From contig DAHVQG010000004.1 of the NCBI GenBank assembly GCA_027317865.1, positions 150,563 through 214,562 on the forward strand: a stretch of 64,000 nucleotides of DNA, given 5' to 3'. Each line of letters starts with the position of its first letter. The stretch's first letter is position 1. The notes under the pieces were generated by a model. It was given only the letters and a program-made list of their open reading frames with translations. It did no database searches and had not been told where the DNA came from. Source of the stretch: Bdellovibrionales bacterium (GTDB taxonomy: Bacteria; Bdellovibrionota; Bdellovibrionia; Bdellovibrionales; UBA1609). Positions 10,823 to 21,973 of this stretch are shown here, in pieces. Both the position numbers and the translations under genes were made by a program.

Positions 10823-13255
10823 CTAATGCTTTTGTTCAGCACGTAGCAAATTTAACGCCGATCCCGCCTTGAACCATTTGATTTGTTCCGCATTGAATGT
10901 GTGACTGAGTTTCACACGTTCGTTGCTGCCGTCAACATGGTGAATAACGAGCGTCAGCTGCTCACCGGGCGCAAAACGTTTTAAACCTTCAATGGTCACG
11001 CGATCATCTTCACGGATTCTATCGTAGTCGTTCGGGTTGACGAATGTAAGCGCCAGCATCCCCTGTTTTTTCAAATTTGTTTCATGAATGCGCGCAAAGC
11101 TCTTAGCGATTACGGCACGCCCGCCCAAAAAACGCGGACTCATCGCTGCGTGCTCACGGCTCGAACCTTCGCCGTAATTATCGTCGCCGATAATAACCCA
11201 ATTTTGCTTCTTAGCTTTGTAGTCGCGCGCAATTTTTGCGAACTCAACATCGTGATCGCCAGTTAAAATGTTCGTACCTTTGCCAATCGCACCGCCAAAC
11301 GCGTTAGTCGCCCCTAAAAGCATGTTGTCTGATATGTTATCGAGGTGCCCGCGATACGTGAGCCATTTACCCGCCGGGCTGATGTGATCCGTTGTACATT
11401 TGCCTTTGGCTTTACAAAGTACGAGTGCCTCTTTTACGTCCTCACCATCCCATTTCGCAAAAGGATCAAGTAACTGTAGCCGGTTCGAAGCCGGATTCAC
11501 TTTCACTTCGACGCTCGAACCTTTTGGCGCCTGATAACCGGTCGGATCAGAAACAAACCCGCGATCAGGAAGTTCAGGAGCTGACGGAGGCTCGAACTTT
11601 ACAGATTTTCCGGATGGTGTGGTGAGTTCATCGGTCACGGGGTTAAAATCAAGACGGCCGGCAATTCCGAGCGCCATTGTAGTTTCTGGCGAGGCGATAA
11701 AAGATAGCGTTTCGGGATTGGCATCGTTTCTACCACGAAAATTGCGGTTAAAACTGTTCACAATTGTATTTACCTGTCCTTTGGCGATGTCTTTACGTTG
11801 CCACTGCCCGATGCACGGGCCGCACGCATTGGCGAGCACAGTCGCACCCGCGTCGGCGAGCACTTTCATTTGGCCGTCGCGCTCGATGGTCTTTTTGATC
11901 TGCGACGAACCCGGAGAAACCATAAATTGTTGGGGCATATTAAAACCATACCGAAGCGCCTGCCGTGCCACATGCGTCGCGCGTCCAATATCTTCGTATG
12001 AAGAATTCGTGCACGAGCCAATCAGCGCCGCCGATAGCCGCACCGGCCAATTATTTTTTTCAGCCGCCGCTTTCATTTCTGAAATCGAGTGCGCGGCATC
12101 GGGCGAGTGGGGGCCGACAATTTGCGGTTCAAGAGTCGAAAGATCGATTTCTACAACTTCGTCGTAAAACCGGTGAGGGTCGCTCCAAACTTCCTTGTCG
12201 GCCGTCAAAAGTTCACGATTTTTTTCTGCCAAAGAGGCCAGCTCCGAGCGCTTCGTAGCCCTTAAATAAGTCGCCATGCGCGAATCAAACGGAAACACCG
12301 AACAGGTCGCCCCGAGTTCAGCGCCCATATTGGTGATTGTCCCTTTACCAGTACAACTAATCGACTCACATCCTTCGCCAAAATATTCGATTATTTTATT
12401 CGTTCCGCCTTTTACAGTCAGAATCCCGCAAAGTTTCAAAATCACATCTTTGGCCGATGTCCAGCCCTGCAGTTTTCCGGTAAGATGAACGCCAACAATA
12501 TTTGGATTTTTTACTTCCCACGGCAAACCCGCCATGACGTCTGATGCATCAGCACCACCAACACCACAGGCGCACATGCCAAGGCCACCGGCGTTGGGAG
12601 TATGTGAATCGGTCCCAATCATCAACCCACCCGGAAACGCGTAATTTTCAAGCACGACCTGATGGATGATTCCCGCGCCGGGCCTCCAAAATCCAATGTT
12701 GTAATGAGATGCCACCGATTGCAAAAAGTCGTAAACTTCTTTATTTTCTTGCATCGCGGCCTTCATGTCCGGCTCCATGCCTTCGTAGGCGCGAATTAAG
12801 TGATCGCAGTGAACCGTGCTCGGCACGGCCGCTTCGTTTCGGCCAGCCAACATAAACTGTAGAAGCGCCATTTGCGCAGTTGCATCTTGCATTGCCACGC
12901 GATCCGGTTCGAGAAGCAAAAAACTTTTACCGCGCGTAAGGTCTTGCTCCTTAGGATTGGCCAGGTGCCCAAAAAGAATTTTTTCGGTCAACGTCATCGG
13001 GCGATCAAGCCGGGCGCGCACGATCCCAAGCTGTTCTCTCGTCTTATGGTAAACATTGGATACCATTTCGGGGGTGGTATCGATATTTGATGTTTTTCGC
13101 GCCAACTTCTTTTTTTGCGCCTTTTTCTTCGTTACATTTCTTTTCGCAGATTTTCTTGCAACTTTTTTTATAGTCTTTTTAGCGGCCTTTTTAGTGGCCA
13201 TTTTGGCGGCTTTTTTCGGTGTTCTTTTTTTTGTCGATTTTTTCCGTTTTGCCAT
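10823..13255 (-). CDS. Aconitate hydratase (mitochondrial-type) with Lys/Ala-rich N-terminal extension
   Basis: [68 protein letters not shown] before ATG 13255. Confidence 0.95.
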   Translation of the reverse strand: MAKRKKSTKKRTPKKAAKMATKKAAKKTIKKVARKSAKRNVTKKKAQKKKLARKTSNIDTTPEMVSNVYHKTREQLGIVRARLDRPMTLTEKILFGHLANPKEQDLTRGKSFLLLEPDRVAMQDATAQMALLQFMLAGRNEAAVPSTVHCDHLIRAYEGMEPDMKAAMQENKEVYDFLQSVASHYNIGFWRPGAGIIHQVVLENYAFPGGLMIGTDSHTPNAGGLGMCACGVGGADASDVMAGLPWEVKNPNIVGVHLTGKLQGWTSAKDVILKLCGILTVKGGTNKIIEYFGEGCESISCTGKGTITNMGAELGATCSVFPFDSRMATYLRATKRSELASLAEKNRELLTADKEVWSDPHRFYDEVVEIDLSTLEPQIVGPHSPDAAHSISEMKAAAEKNNWPVRLSAALIGSCTNSSYEDIGRATHVARQALRYGFNMPQQFMVSPGSSQIKKTIERDGQMKVLADAGATVLANACGPCIGQWQRKDIAKGQVNTIVNSFNRNFRGRNDANPETLSFIASPETTMALGIAGRLDFNPVTDELTTPSGKSVKFEPPSAPELPDRGFVSDPTGYQAPKGSSVEVKVNPASNRLQLLDPFAKWDGEDVKEALVLCKAKGKCTTDHISPAGKWLTYRGHLDNISDNMLLGATNAFGGAIGKGTNILTGDHDVEFAKIARDYKAKKQNWVIIGDDNYGEGSSREHAAMSPRFLGGRAVIAKSFARIHETNLKKQGMLALTFVNPNDYDRIREDDRVTIEGLKRFAPGEQLTLVIHHVDGSNERVKLSHTFNAEQIKWFKAGSALNLLRAEQKH

Positions 13256-13288
13256 AGTACGGCTCCTTAATTGAGTTTGAACGGCCCT

Positions 13289-13317
13289 ATGTTAGGCCCT
13301 GGTTGACTAATCCGCAA
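13289..13317 (-). promoter_or_regulatory. Putative sigma70 promoter for aconitase
   Basis: TTGCGG-N17-TAACAT. Confidence 0.45.
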
Positions 13318-13468
13318 GCCGAAGAGGCCCGTTGCAACGCGCACGCGAGGTCTATCGGCAAAAGAGCGCTGCATGGCGACCAGGCCTAAGGTCAGTTGGA
13401 TTCATGAAACTGGACATGTAAACTGGTCGCAATTCTAAAATATGACATGGTTATAGAAAGGGAAAATT

Positions 13469-14020
13469 ATGAAATTGAAAATGGCAACCGCAGTTATTGT
13501 GGGTCTGACATTCGCTGGCTCGCTATTCGCGACTCAGGCGAAGGCGGATTTGCTTGTTGAACCGTTTGCCGGTTACGAGTTCGGCAATATTAAACAGGGC
13601 AATTCGTCAGACGGTCTCAGTGGCGCTAACTACGGGGCGCGTCTTGGTTATGAAAGCCTCGGCTTTATGATTGGCGGCGAATATGCATTGGGCGCATTAC
13701 GGGGCAGCCCGAGTGGCGGGTCTAACTACAATGTGTCTACAACAGATGTAGGAATTTTCGCGGGTTATAACTTCCCCGTTCTTTTGCGCGTTTACGGCAC
13801 TTACTATCCGCTTTCTACGGCGACCGACGATAACATTCCCGGAGGTGATCTCAATGGCACGGGTTACCGGGTTGGTATTGGTTTTACGCCTCTACCTTTT
13901 ATTACGGTTGCCGTCGAAGTGGTTGATCGCGACTATACGAAACAAGGCAGTAGCAGTTTAACACATAACGTGAAAACGAATTCGACGCTTATTACTGTCA
14001 CGTTGCCGTTCACGCTTTGA
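13469..14020 (+). CDS. Small outer-membrane beta-barrel protein
   Basis: Signal peptide (AKA|D), alternating beta-strand patterns (YGARLGY, VGIFAGYNF, YRVGIGF), C-terminal LPFTL. Confidence 0.8.
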   Translation: MKLKMATAVIVGLTFAGSLFATQAKADLLVEPFAGYEFGNIKQGNSSDGLSGANYGARLGYESLGFMIGGEYALGALRGSPSGGSNYNVSTTDVGIFAGYNFPVLLRVYGTYYPLSTATDDNIPGGDLNGTGYRVGIGFTPLPFITVAVEVVDRDYTKQGSSSLTHNVKTNSTLITVTLPFTL

Positions 14021-14081
14021 ATGAACGTTGACGTTAGGGGAAAATATACTTTTAATATTGTTTAACAATACAAAGATTTTT

Positions 14082-14120
14082 GAGGCCTGCTACCTAGGAT
14101 TGGTTCAGGCCTCTTTTTTT
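14082..14120 (+). terminator. Rho-independent terminator
   Basis: GAGGCCTG...CAGGCCTC followed by T7. Confidence 0.75.
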
Positions 14121-14148
14121 ATCATTTTAAATTTTTCGTAAATTCTTA

Positions 14149-14901
14149 CTATCCGCCAATTTGCGAAGATGGCGTCGCGTTTGAAGGCGCGGTCAAAATC
14201 GGCGCCTGCGCTTGGGTCTGCAGCGATTTGTCGACATCTAATCTGTACCCCGTGCCGATTACCGCCTCGATTGTTACACCGGTTCCGGCTAATTTTTTTC
14301 GCAAATTTGAAATGTGAACGTCAACGACTCGATCGGTAACCGAAATCGAGTGGCCCCAAACTCGATCCAAAATTTCAGGTCGGGAGAAAATCTTATTTTG
14401 GGCTCCCGCGAGAAGTCTGAAAATGCGAAACTCCAAAAAAGTTAGGTCGATCATCTGCCCGGTGTCGTTTTTAAATACCCGTTGCTCCTGCAAATTACAG
14501 ACAAGGCGACCAAGACGCATGATCGAAAGCTGATTGGCATTAGCCGCAAATTTTCTAAGTTTTGCATCGACGCGCAATTTCAGTTCGTGGGCATCAAACG
14601 GTTTAACTACATAATCATCGGCGCCGAGCGAAAACGCGCTGGCTTTGCTGGCAAGATCGCTGCGGCCGGTGAGAAATATAATCTGGGCACCGCGAAATTT
14701 ATCTGAATTGCTCGCCATAAATTCAAATGCGTTGCCATCTGGTAATTCAACATCCAACAATACCAGCGAAAATTGAGTTCGAGCTAACAGGTCTTGGGCT
14801 TGTTTTAAAGTCGTCGCAAACAAGTAATCGTACCCCTGCAATATGCTTTCAAGTATTAGCAGGATTTCGGGAGCGTCTTCCACGCAAAGTATCTTATACA
14901 T
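14149..14901 (-). CDS. OmpR/PhoB-family response regulator
   Basis: REC (VED, LLDVELPDG, GADDYVVKPF) plus winged helix (DRVVDVHISNLRKKL, GTGY). Confidence 0.93.
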   Translation of the reverse strand: MYKILCVEDAPEILLILESILQGYDYLFATTLKQAQDLLARTQFSLVLLDVELPDGNAFEFMASNSDKFRGAQIIFLTGRSDLASKASAFSLGADDYVVKPFDAHELKLRVDAKLRKFAANANQLSIMRLGRLVCNLQEQRVFKNDTGQMIDLTFLEFRIFRLLAGAQNKIFSRPEILDRVWGHSISVTDRVVDVHISNLRKKLAGTGVTIEAVIGTGYRLDVDKSLQTQAQAPILTAPSNATPSSQIGG

Positions 14902-15077
14902 AGTTGTCTTATTATCCGATTACGATTCGTCGGCCAATATTGGGCTCCAAAAATGCCGAGAATTGTCACTGGCATTAAGGTTTCTTGATCTCCGGTTTAT
15001 AGTCCCTTTACTGCGCTATGAAAAACTCTAAAAAAAACGCTAATTGTCCATCAAAATGCTGGGGGCTTTAGTCTACA

Positions 15078-17645
15078 ATGTGGCCGAGATTTTTAAACGA
15101 ATCATCTCCAAAAAAGTCCGTTTTTAAGTTTAATCACCCGGCCAAGTTTGCTCAGTCGATGATTGAAAAAACATCGACGACACGAGGGCAGTTAGAAGTC
15201 GGCTTTGTGTTGATTTGCGTTTGGGCGACAATAACTGCCGGCATTTACTATACGACCGGTTATTATTTTCCGTCACTTACCGTTATTTTTGTTTTGCTGT
15301 TCGGGATTGCATCCAATTTTGTCACCGCCGTGAGTCTCAGCCTTTTTATAAGTTTCTTTTACGATCGCATGCATCTCATGTCTTTTTTGACTTCGTCTGA
15401 TTTTTTGCCGTTTGATGTCGCAACATTCGATCATATTTTGGTGATCATTATGACCGCCTGTGTGGCGGGCATTCTCGGGAGTCTCATGCGGCGCGCTCTT
15501 GTGGAGCAAACAAAGTTACGCCGGGACGCCGAAACGGCCTGGCGTGCGGCCGTAAAACAAACAAATTTACTTGCGGCAAGTGAAAGCCGTTTGCGAACAC
15601 TTAACCTGACACTCGAAACCCGAGTCGCGCAGCGAACCGCCGAACTACGCGGAATTATCCGCCACTCCCCACTTGCCATTTTCACCCGAACCCTCGACGG
15701 GAGAATTAAAATTGCCAACGAAGAATTCGAGCGATTTATCGGCAAAAACCGCGCCGAGATCATTGGCCGCATTGACAGTGAAATTTTGCCGCCTGATTTG
15801 CTCAGATTTGTTCGCGATCTCGACACCAAAGTTAAGATGTCAAAGACTGCGTATCGATTCGAACACACGATCGAGTATATAAAAGGCGACCGGGTATTTT
15901 ATTTTATCGGTTTTCCAATATTTAATCCCGCACTTGAAGTGGAAGCAATCGGCGGAATCATAAAAGACATGACGGACACACGCCGCATCGAAAAGGAAAA
16001 ATCGGAACTCGTCATGCGGGAGCGCCTTGCAAATGAAGCTTCACGCTTGAAATCGGAATTTTTGGCAAACATGAGCCATGAAATTCGCACTCCTATCAAT
16101 GGTATTATCGGCATGGCAAAACTTTTGTCCGAGACGGAACTCAGCATTGAACAAAAACGCCTTCTTCGGACCGTCGAATCGTCGTCAAGTCTGTTACTTT
16201 CAATTATAAATGACATATTGGATCTTTCGAAAATCGAAGCCGGGCGGATTGAACTTGAAAATGTCACCTTTCGGCTCAAAGACCTCATTTCTGACGTCAT
16301 CGAGTGCTACGAGCCGCTCATTTTCGCCAAGGGTTTGGCATTTCAAAAACCCGGTGAACTTTTTGAGAATACGTGGCTTGAGGGCGATCCCGGACGGATC
16401 CGCCAGATTCTCAATAATCTATTGAGTAATGCGCTGAAATTTACGAGCACCGGTTCCATTATGCTTGGAGTTCAAACAGTCAAATGCGATGACGGCCAGG
16501 TCGATTTAAGATTCTCTATAACGGATACTGGAATTGGGATTTCTCCCGAAGTACGCACTAAATTGTTTCAAAAATTCTATCAGGGTGATACTTCAACGGC
16601 TCGCAAGTTCGGCGGCACTGGTCTTGGATTAGCGATTTGTAAGCGCCTTGTGGATCTCATGGGCGGACAAATCGACGTGGCAAGTCAACCCGGTACTGGC
16701 ACAACGTTTTCGTTTTTTGTCCGGGTTAAAAATATCGAAAAGTCGCAAACTGCGAGCTTTGGTGAAACTGCCAACCATGTGTTGCGTGCGTTCGATCCAT
16801 CACTCCGCAAAACAAAACGAGTTTTGATCGCTGAAGACAATCCTATTAATCAAGAAATTACGCTGCGAATGCTTGAAAAGGCGGGATATCAAGCACAAGC
16901 GGTAGCGAACGGATGCGAAGTACTCGAGTTGATCAACAATACCCGTTTTGACCTCATTTTAATGGATTGCCAAATGCCTGAAATGGATGGCTACGATGCA
17001 ACCCGCGAAATCAGGCGCAAAGGCATAAAGCTGCCCGTCATCGCGCTAACCGCATGCGCATTTAAATATGATCGCGAGAAGTGTCTAGATGCCGGCATGA
17101 CTGATTTTGTCGCCAAACCGGTTACAAAAGAAGAACTCATTCGCGTTGTGGACCGGTGGATTGCCACAAGCGCGCCGGCCGACGGACCAAATTTAAACAC
17201 CGGTGAAAAAAGTTTTTCAGCGCCCCAGTTTAGCGAAATTGAAATCTTAGATGTTTCTATGATCAGCCGACTTGAACAACTCGATAAAGAAGGCAAAAAC
17301 GGTTTAGTTAAAAAGCTAATTCAAATGTATTTAACAATGACTCCCAAAGCGGTTAATGAAATCAGAGAAGCGGTCGATAAGCCCGGACCGCAGTTACGTA
17401 AGCTCGCCCACACGTTAAAATCGAGTAGCGCGAATCTCGGAGCACGCCGAGTGGCAACGCTCCTGCAAAAAATTGAAAGCGGCGAGTTTCAAGATCACGA
17501 GTTAGCGAAAATTGTTGATACGCTCGAACGTGAAGTCGAACTTGCACAAAAAAGTCTCTTGGATGTACTCGACGGCAAGTTGGCTAACAATGCCAATGAC
17601 CATACCGGCGACGACACACTTCAATGGATGGAGATCGTCCATTAG
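15078..17645 (+). CDS. Hybrid sensor histidine kinase (TM-PAS-HisKA-HATPase-REC-Hpt); start uncertain
   Basis: [48 protein letters not shown], Hpt [14 protein letters not shown]. Confidence 0.93.
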   Translation: MWPRFLNESSPKKSVFKFNHPAKFAQSMIEKTSTTRGQLEVGFVLICVWATITAGIYYTTGYYFPSLTVIFVLLFGIASNFVTAVSLSLFISFFYDRMHLMSFLTSSDFLPFDVATFDHILVIIMTACVAGILGSLMRRALVEQTKLRRDAETAWRAAVKQTNLLAASESRLRTLNLTLETRVAQRTAELRGIIRHSPLAIFTRTLDGRIKIANEEFERFIGKNRAEIIGRIDSEILPPDLLRFVRDLDTKVKMSKTAYRFEHTIEYIKGDRVFYFIGFPIFNPALEVEAIGGIIKDMTDTRRIEKEKSELVMRERLANEASRLKSEFLANMSHEIRTPINGIIGMAKLLSETELSIEQKRLLRTVESSSSLLLSIINDILDLSKIEAGRIELENVTFRLKDLISDVIECYEPLIFAKGLAFQKPGELFENTWLEGDPGRIRQILNNLLSNALKFTSTGSIMLGVQTVKCDDGQVDLRFSITDTGIGISPEVRTKLFQKFYQGDTSTARKFGGTGLGLAICKRLVDLMGGQIDVASQPGTGTTFSFFVRVKNIEKSQTASFGETANHVLRAFDPSLRKTKRVLIAEDNPINQEITLRMLEKAGYQAQAVANGCEVLELINNTRFDLILMDCQMPEMDGYDATREIRRKGIKLPVIALTACAFKYDREKCLDAGMTDFVAKPVTKEELIRVVDRWIATSAPADGPNLNTGEKSFSAPQFSEIEILDVSMISRLEQLDKEGKNGLVKKLIQMYLTMTPKAVNEIREAVDKPGPQLRKLAHTLKSSSANLGARRVATLLQKIESGEFQDHELAKIVDTLEREVELAQKSLLDVLDGKLANNANDHTGDDTLQWMEIVH

Positions 17646-17777
17646 TCGAATTTATATTAGCTCAAAAAAGTAATCGCAAAGCCCCATCCAATTTCAGGAA
17701 TTATTAACGACCACCTTATTCCCCGCTGACACCAACCAGATAAGCGTTACGGACAAACAATTTAACCGGGAGGAATC

Positions 17778-18215
17778 ATGAACGTCATTGGCTACATTTT
17801 AATCTGCTTATCGTTGGTACCATTGCTCATCGGCATGGTGTTATTAATCGCGATCCCATTGGGCGCGCTTGCTGGCGGAATTGTTGCGGCTCCATTTGCG
17901 ATTCAGCATGCATTAAAAACGAAACGCAAGCGTGTTCTTATCGTCGAAGGCGATCGCGGAGCGAAAGTGCTCCTAAAACAAATTGTGCGGTCTGCAGACC
18001 CACGAGCAATAATAACGGAATCGAATTCAAAAGAAGAAGCAACGCGTATAATTTACGAGCGCGCGAAATTGCGGGATGGTTTTGACTTCGTTATTGCCGA
18101 CATCCGCTCGGCACATCATTGGCCGGATATTGTTGAACCGCCCCAAATTTTGCAAAAACCCTTGGACTTGGTTGCCAGTAGTTACGCGTTACGAAATGCA
18201 ATCGTGAACGCCTAG
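17778..18215 (+). CDS. Membrane protein with degenerate receiver-like domain
   Basis: GGAGG SD; hydrophobic N-terminus; VLIVEGD, FDFVIADI, LQKPL. Confidence 0.65.
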   Translation: MNVIGYILICLSLVPLLIGMVLLIAIPLGALAGGIVAAPFAIQHALKTKRKRVLIVEGDRGAKVLLKQIVRSADPRAIITESNSKEEATRIIYERAKLRDGFDFVIADIRSAHHWPDIVEPPQILQKPLDLVASSYALRNAIVNA

Positions 18216-18219
18216 ATCG

Positions 18220-19245
18220 TCAATGATGAATACTTAGATTGGCCGTTTGCCTAAACATTGCGACGTAAGCCGCGCCTAAAAGACCGGCTTCGTCGCAAAA
18301 TTTTGAAATTTTAAGCTTTGGTAGCATATCCACACCAGCGCGATGCATCTTGAGAAGATCTGATAGTCGCTTTTCTGTAATTGGCAAAAATAGATCGTGT
18401 GCATTCGAAAAACCACCGCTCATCACAACCACTTCGGGAGCAAACAGCATAACTGTCGAATAAATAAATGTGGCAAGCTTTTCTCCGTATAACTGAAACG
18501 CTTGAACGGCATGGGATTCACCCGAGCGCGCTTCAACCACGATGTCTTCCCCACGCAAATTCGGTCGCCCCCAAATTCGGCCTACGTTTTTTGTAAAATT
18601 GGTGCCGGATAAATACGCCTCAGCACAACCGTAATTACCACACCCGCATTGCCAGTCTTTTTCAAGGTAGTTCATCGTTACATGACCGCCTTCAGTGTGC
18701 AGATGCTGACCGGCGCGTAACAGTTCGCCATTCGCGATCACGCCAAGCCCGAGGCCCGTACCAAGCGTTACCATAACTGAATTCTGATATTTTTTACTTT
18801 GACCAACCCATGATTCGGCGAGTGCTGCCGCGGCCGCATCATTTTCGAGTTGTACCGGAATTTTAAGTGCACGGGAAATATCGCGAGCAATCGGAACCAC
18901 TCCCCAAAATTCGTGATCAATTTTCAGATTGGTCGGGTTAAGAAGCTGCCCGCTAACCGGATCGAGCGGACCGGCCGCCGCGATCGCCCCGTGAGAAATT
19001 TCATGTTTTTCAATCAGCGGCTTTGCCAGGCGAACAATTTGACGCAATAGTCCCGGATAACCGTCCGCGAGATCAACGCGCTCACGAGTGACGTCTTTCA
19101 TTTTGCCTAACCGGTCGATCGCCGCCAAAAGAATTTTTGTGCCGCCCAAGTCAATGGCAAGTACACGTCCTGAGTTATGCCTTGAACGCGGTCTACCCGA
19201 TTTTCGCTGATTCCTGGAGCTTTGCCTTTGTGATTTTTTTGCCAA
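18220..19245 (-). CDS. ROK-family sugar kinase (glucokinase-like)
   Basis: AIDLGGTK, LENDA, TLGTGLG, EGGH, CGCGNYGCAE; likely TTG start at 19245. Confidence 0.9.
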   Translation of the reverse strand: MAKKSQRQSSRNQRKSGRPRSRHNSGRVLAIDLGGTKILLAAIDRLGKMKDVTRERVDLADGYPGLLRQIVRLAKPLIEKHEISHGAIAAAGPLDPVSGQLLNPTNLKIDHEFWGVVPIARDISRALKIPVQLENDAAAAALAESWVGQSKKYQNSVMVTLGTGLGLGVIANGELLRAGQHLHTEGGHVTMNYLEKDWQCGCGNYGCAEAYLSGTNFTKNVGRIWGRPNLRGEDIVVEARSGESHAVQAFQLYGEKLATFIYSTVMLFAPEVVVMSGGFSNAHDLFLPITEKRLSDLLKMHRAGVDMLPKLKISKFCDEAGLLGAAYVAMFRQTANLSIHH

Positions 19246-20398
19246 GTTCGACCCCCGGTTGATTGAACACATCAATTTCTAACAGTTCCCCGATGGTTCC
19301 GACAACCAATTCGAAAGCCATGATCAATCGTCCCAAAACCTGAGTTGAAATTTGATCGAACTCGATATCAATTGCGGTTCGGCCCACTTCACAAAGCGCT
19401 TTCTCCGTCGCGTGTGACTGCGTGTCGAACACTTCACCGAGGCGGTACGATTTTAAGTACTTAAAACCATCCATCGTATCGCCGGTCAATTTCGCCCCTA
19501 GCGTTTTCTTGCCTTTGTCGCGAAAAAAAACGACCGCAGTCGGAACAAGCCCATCCATAAGTTGTTGCAAAACAGAATGTTGATCGCAGGTTCCTTGATA
19601 GATCACAGGCACACTGGTAGCCGTCGCTTTCTCGCCATTGCGACGACTTGATTTGCCGAGCGACTCCGCCCATAATTGCTGAAGCCAAGGCAAAAATGCG
19701 GCGAGCTCTTCAACATAACTCCAAAACGCCGTTACCGCTTCGCCTCGCTTAAAACTGGCCACAAATTGTGCAGCCAAATCTTCTACGAATTTGCGCTCGC
19801 GCAAAACCATTCTTGCCCCTTCGCGCAGTTCCATTATATCGACGCCAGAAAACGCCGCGGGAATAAGCCCTACTGGAGTGAACGCTGAAAATCGGCCACC
19901 CACATCTAGCGGATGGTCAACAACTCGCAGTGAATTCGCTTCCGCAAAACGTCGCAAGGGATTTTTTACGCGTTCGCGCTCAGGCTCCGTTATAATTGAA
20001 ATCCGCTTATTTAAATCCGCATTTCGCTCGTGAAGTTTAGATGTCAAAACGTCGAGCATGCAGGCTACTTCAAGGGTCGTTCCACTTTTTGAAATTGCTA
20101 AGAAATGTGCCGACTCGATTTGATTTTCATTTTCAAATACGCGGGCAAAACTGGTCGGATCGGTATTATTTAAAAATGTCACATGCTTCCGGTTCTGATG
20201 CGAGGCTAGACATTCAACTAAACAGCGTCCGCCGAGGGAACTGCCCCCCATCCCAAGAACCACCAGATGATCTGAAAGATTATGCAATTCGCGGGCAATT
20301 TCAATAGAGCTTCGCCAAATCTCGTTGCGTTCAGGGAGCTGCCAAAAACCAAGATCACGGCGCTCTAAAATTTTATCTAAGGCAAGTTTACTGTTCAT
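19193..20398 (-). CDS. pgi: Glucose-6-phosphate isomerase
   Basis: LGMGGSSLG, ISKSGTTLE, VGGRFS, QQLWAESLGK, DQHS, FNQPGVELGK. Confidence 0.93.
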   Translation of the reverse strand: MNSKLALDKILERRDLGFWQLPERNEIWRSSIEIARELHNLSDHLVVLGMGGSSLGGRCLVECLASHQNRKHVTFLNNTDPTSFARVFENENQIESAHFLAISKSGTTLEVACMLDVLTSKLHERNADLNKRISIITEPERERVKNPLRRFAEANSLRVVDHPLDVGGRFSAFTPVGLIPAAFSGVDIMELREGARMVLRERKFVEDLAAQFVASFKRGEAVTAFWSYVEELAAFLPWLQQLWAESLGKSSRRNGEKATATSVPVIYQGTCDQHSVLQQLMDGLVPTAVVFFRDKGKKTLGAKLTGDTMDGFKYLKSYRLGEVFDTQSHATEKALCEVGRTAIDIEFDQISTQVLGRLIMAFELVVGTIGELLEIDVFNQPGVELGKKITKAKLQESAKIG

Positions 20399-20433
20399 AA
20401 TTAAGAACTATCTATGCCCAGTCTGCGCCTTCA

Positions 20434-21819
20434 TCAAGCGCGATTGTAATCATCTTCAATGCGAACGATATCATCTTCACCAAAGTATTCGCCGGTTTGG
20501 ACCTCGATGATGACAAGTGGAGTCTGCCCACGGTTGCGAATGCGATGTTTTTGTTCGCGCCGCGCAACAAACTGATCACCGATCTCTAAAATTTTTGTTT
20601 CATTTTCGAGCTGAATTTCGGCTTCGCCACGAACCACGACCCAGTGTTCATCGCGTTTAGAGTGAACCTGGTACGACATTTGCGCCGAAGCGTCGATTGT
20701 TAACCGTTTAACCTTGTATGCGTCGTCGTCATCCAAAATTTCAAAATCTCCCCATGGGCGAATTTCAAAACGATGTTCGTCGACCACAGGCAACTCTTGT
20801 TCGCGCAGTTGCTCGACAAGTTCTTTTACCTTTTGCGAAGACCCACGGCGGACAACCAGTAGCGCATCGGAAGTGTCCACGATAATCACATTTTCAACAT
20901 CGCAAAGGGCTATGATTTTTGGTTGGGCCGAATAAACAAAATTATGGAGTGAATTCAAACTATGAACTTTGGCTTTCGAATCAATAGGAGCCTTTTCATC
21001 TTGCAATCGCGCGAGTTCATCCCACGAACCGACATCACTCCAGCCGAAATCCGCGGGAAGGCAAACCAGCGAATCGGTCAATTTTTCAAGTAGCGCATGA
21101 TCGATGCTTATGGATTCAATATTAGCATATAGGTGTTTAAGATGGTCCAAGTCGGAGCGAATTGCGCCGATCTTTTTCGATAATTCAGGTGTATACTTTG
21201 CGAAAAGCTCGCGAAGATGATCCAGGCGAAAAAAGAAAATCCCGGAGTTCCAAAAAAATCGCGAAGATTGAAAAAATTTTTCGGCGCGCACGGGGTCCGG
21301 CTTTTCATAAAAATGCCGAACATTGAACGCGCCGTTTTGACGTGGTTCATTATCGAGTTCAAGATAACCGTAACCGGTTGACGCGCTTGTAGGGCGAATT
21401 CCGAAAGTAACAACTTGTCGCGCCTGCGCCAATTGCTCGGCAAGACGGGCAGCCTTGGTAAATGCCGATTCATTAGCAATCAAATGATCCGCCGGGAATA
21501 CACCCACAACTGTTTGACCCGGCATTTTTTCGAGATTGAGTAAATGGGCCATTAGGCAAACGGCGGGAGCGGTATTTTTGCCGTACGGTTCCGTAATCAC
21601 TGCGGTGCGGGGTAGCCCAGTTTCAACCAGCGCTCGCTCCGTCAAAGCGCGCATCGATTCGAGCGTCACTACTCGCGGATCACCAAAAACCTTCACACGT
21701 TCAAGTGTCTGGCGCAAAAAGGAGCGGTCAAAAAACTCCGCGAACTGTTTGGGATAAGATTCGCGCGACACGGGCCATAGGCGTGTGCCGCTCCCCCCTG
21801 ATAGAACAATTGGCACCAT
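20434..21819 (-). CDS. manC: Mannose-1-phosphate guanylyltransferase/mannose-6-phosphate isomerase
   Basis: GGSGTRLWPVSR..YPKQF, EPYGKNTAPA, WNSGIF, WSDVGSW, C-terminal cupin RPWG...EDDIVR. Confidence 0.95.
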   Translation of the reverse strand: MVPIVLSGGSGTRLWPVSRESYPKQFAEFFDRSFLRQTLERVKVFGDPRVVTLESMRALTERALVETGLPRTAVITEPYGKNTAPAVCLMAHLLNLEKMPGQTVVGVFPADHLIANESAFTKAARLAEQLAQARQVVTFGIRPTSASTGYGYLELDNEPRQNGAFNVRHFYEKPDPVRAEKFFQSSRFFWNSGIFFFRLDHLRELFAKYTPELSKKIGAIRSDLDHLKHLYANIESISIDHALLEKLTDSLVCLPADFGWSDVGSWDELARLQDEKAPIDSKAKVHSLNSLHNFVYSAQPKIIALCDVENVIIVDTSDALLVVRRGSSQKVKELVEQLREQELPVVDEHRFEIRPWGDFEILDDDDAYKVKRLTIDASAQMSYQVHSKRDEHWVVVRGEAEIQLENETKILEIGDQFVARREQKHRIRNRGQTPLVIIEVQTGEYFGEDDIVRIEDDYNRA

Positions 21820-21973
21820 AAATACGCGTTAGCACAAATTCAGCTTACGCCTCCTGCTCTAAAATTAGGCGCGGTTGCGCAAATTCACAACAAGATCGTG
21901 ACAACAGCGTTAAAATTAACCACTATAGGACTCCAAGAAGAGGCGTTGGCGAGATTTACGCGAACGTGAGACT

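Noticed and set aside
19170..19245. Basic N-terminal extension on the ROK kinase as a nucleic-acid-binding tail
   Set aside because: Largely overlaps the pgi 3' end in another frame, so the composition is likely a by-product; start uncertain
6928..20410. TAG recoding suggested by in-frame TAGs just upstream of lptG and pgi
   Set aside because: TAG terminates aconitase, metK and other genes at their expected ends; no internal TAGs in conserved genes; the lptG TAG is preceded by TGA
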